A DNA stretch of 64,000 bases from positions 21,506 to 85,505 of the forward strand of contig JBBRLY010000016.1 in the NCBI GenBank assembly GCA_038231155.1, in the 5' to 3' direction. Shown here in pieces: positions 57,710-64,000 of the stretch (positions are counted from its first letter, which is position 1; each line of letters begins with the position of its first letter). The DNA is from Candidatus Saccharimonadales bacterium. GTDB lineage: Bacteria; Patescibacteriota; Saccharimonadia; Saccharimonadales; JANWIN01. The translations under genes were made by a program, and so were the position numbers. A model generated the notes under the pieces. The model was not told the DNA's origin. It made no database searches and was given only the letters and a program-made list of their open reading frames with translations.

Positions 57710-58418
57710 AGTCATTACTTTGCATTAACTGACCCACGGAGTAAATAATTAGTAATCCAAAACCAAGACTGGTTATTACTTGAGCCACAAATAATAAATG
57801 AATAACATTTATTAATGTTAAAAGGCCCATAAAAAAGCCGAGTGACTGAATAATTAATAATAAAAAATTAACTCTTTTTCTTTTCACTACCAAAGTTAGC
57901 CATATAGCAAAACCCATTTCGTAGTAAAACAGCATTAGCCCAATCAGAATATGCAGATTATCAAGTGTTTTATTTAATTTATAAGGATAGGTTGAAGCCA
58001 AAACCGACAGTATTAAGCACGCTAAGATGTAAAGACCATAACGCAGACGGTTATACAATTTGGAGGAGGAGGGAATAAATCGAGCAGCTTTTAAAATAAG
58101 TAAACTGCTACCTAAAAAAGCTAGCGTGAAAGGCAATATGGTAGCTCGGTGCACTCCAAAATTACTAATCCCACCTTCATCACGACTAAATAAAAAATCG
58201 GGCATTAGTGAAATACATAGGATAACAAAAATAAAGAAGCATAGTTGACTCAAAGTAAGATAACGGATTGATCTAGAAGCCATGTGTTTTAGTATAAAGT
58301 ACGGTTTAAACTTTTTAGGTTTGAAAAAAAATAAACAGCTTGCCCATATATGTATTATAGATTCAATGAATTCTTTTGATATTATTACTACATGACTGAT
58401 CTTAGTGATGGGCATCAT
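57699..58418 (-). CDS. Polytopic membrane protein (hypothetical).
   Basis: Six to seven TM helices. Confidence 0.4.
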   Translation of the reverse strand: MMPITKISHVVIISKEFIESIIHIWASCLFFFKPKKFKPYFILKHMASRSIRYLTLSQLCFFIFVILCISLMPDFLFSRDEGGISNFGVHRATILPFTLAFLGSSLLILKAARFIPSSSKLYNRLRYGLYILACLILSVLASTYPYKLNKTLDNLHILIGLMLFYYEMGFAIWLTLVVKRKRVNFLLLIIQSLGFFMGLLTLINVIHLLFVAQVITSLGFGLLIIYSVGQLMQSNDSKH

Positions 58419-60143
58419 AAAAATCGATTAATTAATAATGGACAGTCAGTTGATCAACAACCTCCGCTAACAAATAAACATAACTTAAACTTATTTCATA
58501 AATTTCCGAGGCCGAATTGGTTATTAGTTTTTATCGGGCTGGCAACTCTTGCTGTAGTCGCTGTAGCCGTACTTGCTTCAAAACGGCACATCAGTCAAAT
58601 TACACCAAATACTCAGACCAGCGCGAACCTATCTGATATTCATAAAATCAAACATGTTGTTATCATAATGCAGGAAAACCGATCGTTTGATAGTTACTTT
58701 GGTACGTACCCAGGTGCCAATGGCATACCAATGCAAAACGGAACTCCAACCGTTTGTGTTCCAGATCCGGCCAGCGGCACATGCCTAAAACCTTACCATG
58801 ACTCGAATGACAAGAACGCTGGAGGACCGCATGGTCAGGTTGATGCTACTGCCGATATTAGCAATGGCCAAATGAATGGCTTTATTGCTCAAGCCGAACA
58901 TGCCAGCAGCAACTGTGCACCTAATGCTCCAGCCTGTACTGGTGGCAAACAAACAGATGTAATAGGATATCATGACGGCAGTGACATCCCCAATTACTGG
59001 TCTTATGCTAAAAACTATGTATTACAAGATACAATGTTTGAACCAAACTCCTCCTGGAGCCTACCACAACACTTATTTATGGTTTCTGAATGGTCAGCTA
59101 AGTGTAGCCAAGCTGGTAATCCGAAGTCATGCATCAATGCTTTAGAAAGTCCTAGTAATCCACCAGATTTTATCGCAGGAATTCAGAACAACTTGATTAA
59201 TAAATGTCAAAACGATGCTCGTGCTACAGCCTGCCAAAAAGCCTTAGAAGGTATCGGTATTACTATTGCCATGGCTAGTCAGCTTCGCATGTTAATCGCC
59301 CAGAACTGCAAACCTTCCAACAGCTTCACTCAATGTCAGGATACTTTAAAGAACACGACTCTTCCCGCTAATCTCATACAAAAGTTAATTACAGCTTCTA
59401 ATCAGTTAATGCCGCCAGATTATGCCTGGACCGATATGACCTATTTACTGCATAAGAACAAAGTGTCATGGGGATACTATGTATTTAATGGTACTGAACC
59501 AGATTGCCAGGATGACTCCGCAGTTACCTGTGCCGCAGTTCCTCAAAACGCTAAGACTCCAGGAATTTGGAACCCGTTGCCGTATTTTGATACAGTTAAA
59601 CAAGATGGTGAACTTAACAATGTTCAACCCTTAACCAACTTTTACACCCAAGCTAAAAACGGTACGCTGCCGGCCGTTAGTTGGGTAAGTCCGACGGCTT
59701 CAGTAAGCGAACATCCACCAGGACTTGTCAGCAGTGGCCAAGCTTATGTTACAGGTCTAATTAATTCAATTATGAAAAGTCCTGACTGGAACAGTACAGC
59801 AATATTCTTGAGCTGGGATGATTGGGGTGGTTTTTATGATCATGTTGTACCACCAAAGGTCGATCAGAATGGCTACGGCTTACGTGTACCAGCCATTGTG
59901 ATTAGCCCCTACGCAAGGCAAGGTATGATTGATCACCAAACCCTTAGCCATGATGCTTATAACAAATTCATTGAAGATGACTTCTTAAATAGTCAGCGCC
60001 TTGATCCGAATACCGATGGACGGTTTGATCCACGTCCTGATGTAAGGGAAAACGCCTCACAACTTGGTAACTTGGTTAGTGATTTTAACTTTAATCAGCC
60101 ACCCAGAAAGCCACTTATATTACCTGGCGGGACAACGTATTAG
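58392..60143 (+). CDS. Phosphoesterase family protein (phospholipase C / acid phosphatase AcpA-like), with a signal or anchor sequence.
   Basis: The phosphoesterase hallmark [21 protein letters not shown] is present. Confidence 0.8.
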   Translation: MTDLSDGHHKNRLINNGQSVDQQPPLTNKHNLNLFHKFPRPNWLLVFIGLATLAVVAVAVLASKRHISQITPNTQTSANLSDIHKIKHVVIIMQENRSFDSYFGTYPGANGIPMQNGTPTVCVPDPASGTCLKPYHDSNDKNAGGPHGQVDATADISNGQMNGFIAQAEHASSNCAPNAPACTGGKQTDVIGYHDGSDIPNYWSYAKNYVLQDTMFEPNSSWSLPQHLFMVSEWSAKCSQAGNPKSCINALESPSNPPDFIAGIQNNLINKCQNDARATACQKALEGIGITIAMASQLRMLIAQNCKPSNSFTQCQDTLKNTTLPANLIQKLITASNQLMPPDYAWTDMTYLLHKNKVSWGYYVFNGTEPDCQDDSAVTCAAVPQNAKTPGIWNPLPYFDTVKQDGELNNVQPLTNFYTQAKNGTLPAVSWVSPTASVSEHPPGLVSSGQAYVTGLINSIMKSPDWNSTAIFLSWDDWGGFYDHVVPPKVDQNGYGLRVPAIVISPYARQGMIDHQTLSHDAYNKFIEDDFLNSQRLDPNTDGRFDPRPDVRENASQLGNLVSDFNFNQPPRKPLILPGGTTY

Positions 60144-60193
60144 ATAAATTCAAAGGTTTAATAATAACTAAAAGCTTGAACTGTTGATCCAGC

Positions 60194-60886
60194 TTATTCA
60201 AAATCGTTTACATAATCACGACCGCGGTCTAATTTTGCGAAACCGGCCATAACTAATTTGTTTACTTTTTCAAGATTGCGTTGCCGGCGCATAATAGCTC
60301 GGTCGTTACCAGCTTCGACACCTAATAGTGCAGCTTTAGTCGCTAATGTATTTCTTAATTCTTCTCTTTGTGCTCCCTGTGTGTAGGTTTCGGCGAAAGC
60401 TATGGGTTCAACAATTACTCCTGGAAATACTTTCCGAGCAATAAAAAGTGGGCGGTTATACAGAAAATGTAGTTCGTCACTGACTATACCTAAGCTATCA
60501 CTTATACTTAAATCAAATAGCGGTTTGCTATTTACCATATTTTCAACTGTACTAATTGAATCTTTTTCAACTAAAAAGTCTACATCAACCGGAGGATATT
60601 CTTCCAAAAGCTCCTGGGTATAATCTAGCATGGCTTCTCCACCACTTCGTGACTGAAGATTTTGCATTTCATGCCGCCACGATGCACCGCCGCTAAAAAC
60701 AACTACCCTATTTACCAGCCTATGTGCAGCATAATGTACTGCAATTTCAGTGCGTGTTTGTACGGTTTTACTTAATGTATCGTCTGGATTTAAGTTTCGT
60801 GACAATACTAATAAGGCATCAACGGGACTAGTTAGTTCAGCTGTTTCTGCTGCAATCATATTTAAACCTTTGGAGTATAATAACAT
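60194..60886 (-). CDS. DUF218 (YdcF/SanA/ElyC-like) domain protein.
   Basis: This is a pattern-based call. Confidence 0.5.
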   Translation of the reverse strand: MLLYSKGLNMIAAETAELTSPVDALLVLSRNLNPDDTLSKTVQTRTEIAVHYAAHRLVNRVVVFSGGASWRHEMQNLQSRSGGEAMLDYTQELLEEYPPVDVDFLVEKDSISTVENMVNSKPLFDLSISDSLGIVSDELHFLYNRPLFIARKVFPGVIVEPIAFAETYTQGAQREELRNTLATKAALLGVEAGNDRAIMRRQRNLEKVNKLVMAGFAKLDRGRDYVNDFE

Positions 60887-61024
60887 AAGTTTTACAGTCT
60901 AGCAATTTAAAGCACTGAGTTTTTAAACTGTGGGTAGTCAAAAATCCGATACCAAAAATAACGATTATTTGTTAATTTATTCAAAATAGAAGATACTTAT
61001 GCTTAATAAAGTAAACCCAAACAA

Positions 61025-62086
61025 ATGGAAAATAATTCTCAATTAGATCCTGAACAGCCGAAGGCTACAGTTTCTGGACCAATTATTGTATCACCAACTC
61101 AATCAACCATACCAGTCACCGTTGCTCCAGAAGAAAATAACGTTATTCCGATTCCAGGTTCTGTGGCACCGGTTGGCAATCAACAAAATGTAACCGATAG
61201 TCAGCCATTAACTCCTGTAAAAAGCTATAACAGTTCCGTAACTTCCAAGTCATTGGGACATAAAAAACTTTTTATCGGTTTAGCTATATTTGTTGTATTG
61301 GTTATAGCAGTAGTCATTTACTTTTGGTTCCTACCAGTCCAAGCTGCTAAAAATTACCAATCAAGCATCAAGGGGTCATATTCCAATCAAGCCGCTAAAA
61401 TGACTACAGTGTACAGCGCTTTTAGTCGTCCAGTATATAACAGTAACAATTCTACCACTGCAGGTGACACTCAGGACTTTGACTTTACCGATCAAGCTAT
61501 TAAAGACGCGCAACAAAGTAACGATAGCTTAAAAACACAGAATAAATTAAAATTATTCCCCGGTGCTAATTTACTACACGCCGCCAGTACTGCCAATAGT
61601 CATTACCAAGCCGTCCAGAAATATATCAGTGACAGTCAGACTCTATTGACTAATTTCCAAACTACTTCAACTTATATGAGACAATTTGAAGCAGTTTCCA
61701 AAAATGATGGACAGGCACTTGAATCTCTCAAGCCAATTATAGTTGCCAAGACTTTAGCGCAGTTCCAGGCGGCTTCCCAAGTCGCAGTGACACAACTTAA
61801 CAAATGGCTATCTGATTTAAATAGCTTGCAACCACCAGTCGACTTAAAAAGTTTTCATATTCAATTAGTATCAGGTATTGGCCTCTTAAAATCTGCATTG
61901 GACAATATGTCGCGATCTATTAACGCCCACGACTTAGCCGGCGTTATTAACAGCAGTAAACAGCTTCAGACTGCGGGAACATCTTTGGATAGCCTATTCG
62001 CTACTGATATAAACACCTTGCTACAAAAAAATTCCACACTTCATAGCCAAATTGTAAATTTGCAATCAGCTAAGCCATTGAACTAA
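61025..62086 (+). CDS. Hypothetical protein with a single TM anchor and an extracellular domain.
   Basis: A TM helix is present near residue 85. Confidence 0.4.
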   Translation: MENNSQLDPEQPKATVSGPIIVSPTQSTIPVTVAPEENNVIPIPGSVAPVGNQQNVTDSQPLTPVKSYNSSVTSKSLGHKKLFIGLAIFVVLVIAVVIYFWFLPVQAAKNYQSSIKGSYSNQAAKMTTVYSAFSRPVYNSNNSTTAGDTQDFDFTDQAIKDAQQSNDSLKTQNKLKLFPGANLLHAASTANSHYQAVQKYISDSQTLLTNFQTTSTYMRQFEAVSKNDGQALESLKPIIVAKTLAQFQAASQVAVTQLNKWLSDLNSLQPPVDLKSFHIQLVSGIGLLKSALDNMSRSINAHDLAGVINSSKQLQTAGTSLDSLFATDINTLLQKNSTLHSQIVNLQSAKPLN

Positions 62087-62092
62087 GTATTT

Positions 62093-64000
62093 TTAAGCTA
62101 AGCGTTTTCTAAAGAAATTTTGCAAAATTACTAAGGCGATACTGAATGGTACTACTATTAGTCCCAGCCCAGGGTTAACTACCTTGCTCAAAGCTACAGT
62201 GACTGCTGTCGTTATAGCCAGCCAAATAAAGAAATCTTTAGCTCTGATATGTAGTCTTAAATACTCTGCTCCTAAATAGTAGTACGGGAAAACCGTAACA
62301 ACTAAGAAGGTACTACTAAGCAGCCCGAATATCAGCACCACCGCTAGTCCTTGCCAAAACGGACTAGTTAAAGCAAGTGGAATAAGTGAGACTACGGCTG
62401 TCATGCTGGTTGCAAATAAAGGTCGGAATCTTTCTTTTAATGCTTCGTGGGCCGAATCTATGGCCGATAGGCCACTATGTCTAGCTTGATTGGCATAGTC
62501 TGTAAGTAAAATAGTATTTTTAATACTAAGACCGATTAAGGCAAAGAAACCAAGCATCGTAAAGAAACTAATTGCATTATTGGTAAGATCAAGTCCTAGC
62601 ATAATGCCGAATATGCTAAATGGTATAGCCATAAATATAAGCAGCGGTTGGATTAACGATTTAAATTCAAAGACCAGCAATATATACATAACAACCAGAA
62701 GTACTGGGAAAGCTAGAGCCAACGTTTTAAAAGAATTCTGGTTATCTGATTCCTGGCCTAAATCAAAAGTTAGAGCTGAACCATTAAGCCCATATTGTTT
62801 TAACTTATCGGAATTGAACTGTTTTTTGACAGTAGTTTGAGCTAGATTCACCAGTGTAGTTGTGTCATTACCGTCAAAGCCGGTACTAATGGTAATTATT
62901 GGTTTGCCTTTAGTTCTTAAATATTGATCAGGGCTGGAAACATTTACATTAATGAAACGGGCAACTTTACCATTAATACGCTTTAGTTCTGTTTTAGATA
63001 GATAAGCTGCTAAATCTTTTGCAGCACTAAATGCGGCAGGTCGATTGGAAGCATCAAGTTGTATGATAAATGCTGCCGAAGGCGGACCAATATCATTTTG
63101 GCCAACAATAACTTGAGCTTGTTTAAAACTCTTAAAACGGCTATCTAATTGTTTGACGATTTGCGGAGATGTTATTGCTCGTTTGTTATATGAAATAATT
63201 GAGATTTGCTCCATGGAAGTCTGGGCACTGCCGGTATCATAATTAGAACTATCGGTAAAATTTGGTCCGATAACTTGAGCTGCTTCATTATCAATTTGAG
63301 CGTTTATTGTTTGGGCCCTCTGAACTGTAGTATTTGGCGGAAAGTTAATCGTTAAGACAATACCGTTGGTATCTTTAGTTGGAGGAAAGATGTTAAACAC
63401 TACATTTCTAGCAATAGTTAACCCGGCTCCCAAGAAACCAAAACCAATAACTAGGGCAATAATACCAACGCTAAATAGTCGCCGTTTGGAGTTCCTACCC
63501 CAAAGCATTGGTTTGGCAATAAACGCTGCTACTTTAGCTTCAAAACCGGCAGCTACTTCTGCAACCCCTTTATTGCCCATTTGTTTCTTACCAAGTAACA
63601 AGAAGCGAGCAAAGAACGGTATGAAAATAAGGGCCACAAATAAACTGATTATCAGCGAAGAAATGATCGTAATAGGAATAGCCCGTATAAAACTGCCGAG
63701 TATACCGCCGACAAAAATTAACGGTGCAAAGCTTAAACAAGCAGTCGTAGTAGCCGCCACCATAGCCCGACTGATTTTACGGGTTGCTTCTTTTACAGCT
63801 ACTCGCCGATCTTTTTCATGACGTCTGGCCGAGTCAATAGCTTCAACCATAATTATGGTATCGTCGACAATTAAGGCCAGGCCAAGTATCAGAGCAAATA
63901 AGGTAATAACGTTTAGGCTATAGCCAATTAAGTAAATAAGCCCAAGGGTAGTCAGTAACACGGTTATCATTGAAAGGACAGTAATAATTGAAGCCCTAAT
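62093..64000 (-). CDS. RND (AcrB-like) efflux permease, C-terminal part. The gene continues beyond the window end.
   Basis: The TM4 region ALIVDDTIIMVEAI...AVKEATRKISRAMVAAT closely parallels the AcrB TM4 motif. The reverse frame stays open to the window edge. Confidence 0.8.
   Translation of the reverse strand: MRASIITVLSMITVLLTTLGLIYLIGYSLNVITLFALILGLALIVDDTIIMVEAIDSARRHEKDRRVAVKEATRKISRAMVAATTTACLSFAPLIFVGGILGSFIRAIPITIISSLIISLFVALIFIPFFARFLLLGKKQMGNKGVAEVAAGFEAKVAAFIAKPMLWGRNSKRRLFSVGIIALVIGFGFLGAGLTIARNVVFNIFPPTKDTNGIVLTINFPPNTTVQRAQTINAQIDNEAAQVIGPNFTDSSNYDTGSAQTSMEQISIISYNKRAITSPQIVKQLDSRFKSFKQAQVIVGQNDIGPPSAAFIIQLDASNRPAAFSAAKDLAAYLSKTELKRINGKVARFINVNVSSPDQYLRTKGKPIITISTGFDGNDTTTLVNLAQTTVKKQFNSDKLKQYGLNGSALTFDLGQESDNQNSFKTLALAFPVLLVVMYILLVFEFKSLIQPLLIFMAIPFSIFGIMLGLDLTNNAISFFTMLGFFALIGLSIKNTILLTDYANQARHSGLSAIDSAHEALKERFRPLFATSMTAVVSLIPLALTSPFWQGLAVVLIFGLLSSTFLVVTVFPYYYLGAEYLRLHIRAKDFFIWLAITTAVTVALSKVVNPGLGLIVVPFSIALVILQNFFRKRLA

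Overview
This 64 kb window comes from a low-GC (~40%) bacterial chromosome. About three quarters of the coding sequence is on the minus strand. I cannot determine the lineage; a speculative possibility is a Gram-positive-type or CPR/Saccharibacteria-like organism.

Recognisable housekeeping content:
- F-type ATPase genes for subunits b, delta and alpha; the alpha gene is partial at the window start.
- Cysteine desulfurase, a TatD nuclease, methionyl-tRNA synthetase, a NUDIX hydrolase, and a phosphoribosyltransferase plus OMP-decarboxylase-like pair.
- A GH37 trehalase; PadR and MarR regulators; two MFS efflux pumps.
- KsgA, the PcrA/UvrD helicase, and a pyk-pgk-tpiA glycolysis block.
- murD, murI and folD; a phospholipase C / acid phosphatase family phosphoesterase; a partial AcrB-like RND permease at the window end.

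RNA genes read directly from the sequence:
- tmRNA (ssrA) at 13160-13558 (+), followed immediately by a free-standing HNH endonuclease.
- tRNA-Glu(UUC) at 27751-27825 (-).
- tRNA-Lys(CUU) at 45885-45961 (+).

Accessory features, in order:
- A disrupted beta-class DNA methyltransferase pseudogene with an in-frame TAA and no start codon, next to tRNA-Glu and a duplicated T-arm fragment.
- A ~2.3 kb high-GC (~58-60%) island at ~29.8-32.05 kb encoding two exported or membrane proteins.
- A translationally coupled operon: PaaK-like adenylate-forming enzyme, ThiF/E1-like adenylyltransferase, nitroreductase-alpha/beta-hydrolase fusion, then a sensor histidine kinase. A divergent aminotransferase and two tandem receiver-only response regulators lie beside it.
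- A large serine recombinase element integrated at the tRNA-Lys 3' end, bounded by ~65-70 bp imperfect direct repeats. Downstream is an array of at least five short cargo cassettes, each bounded by a degenerate att-like copy of the tRNA-Lys 3' end (gttgcRatag...N...tggccctcca). Cargo includes a DinJ/YafQ toxin-antitoxin pair and DUF1801, DUF1761 and EamA-like proteins.

The cassette array is the most unusual structure in the window. No rRNA genes or CRISPR arrays were seen.
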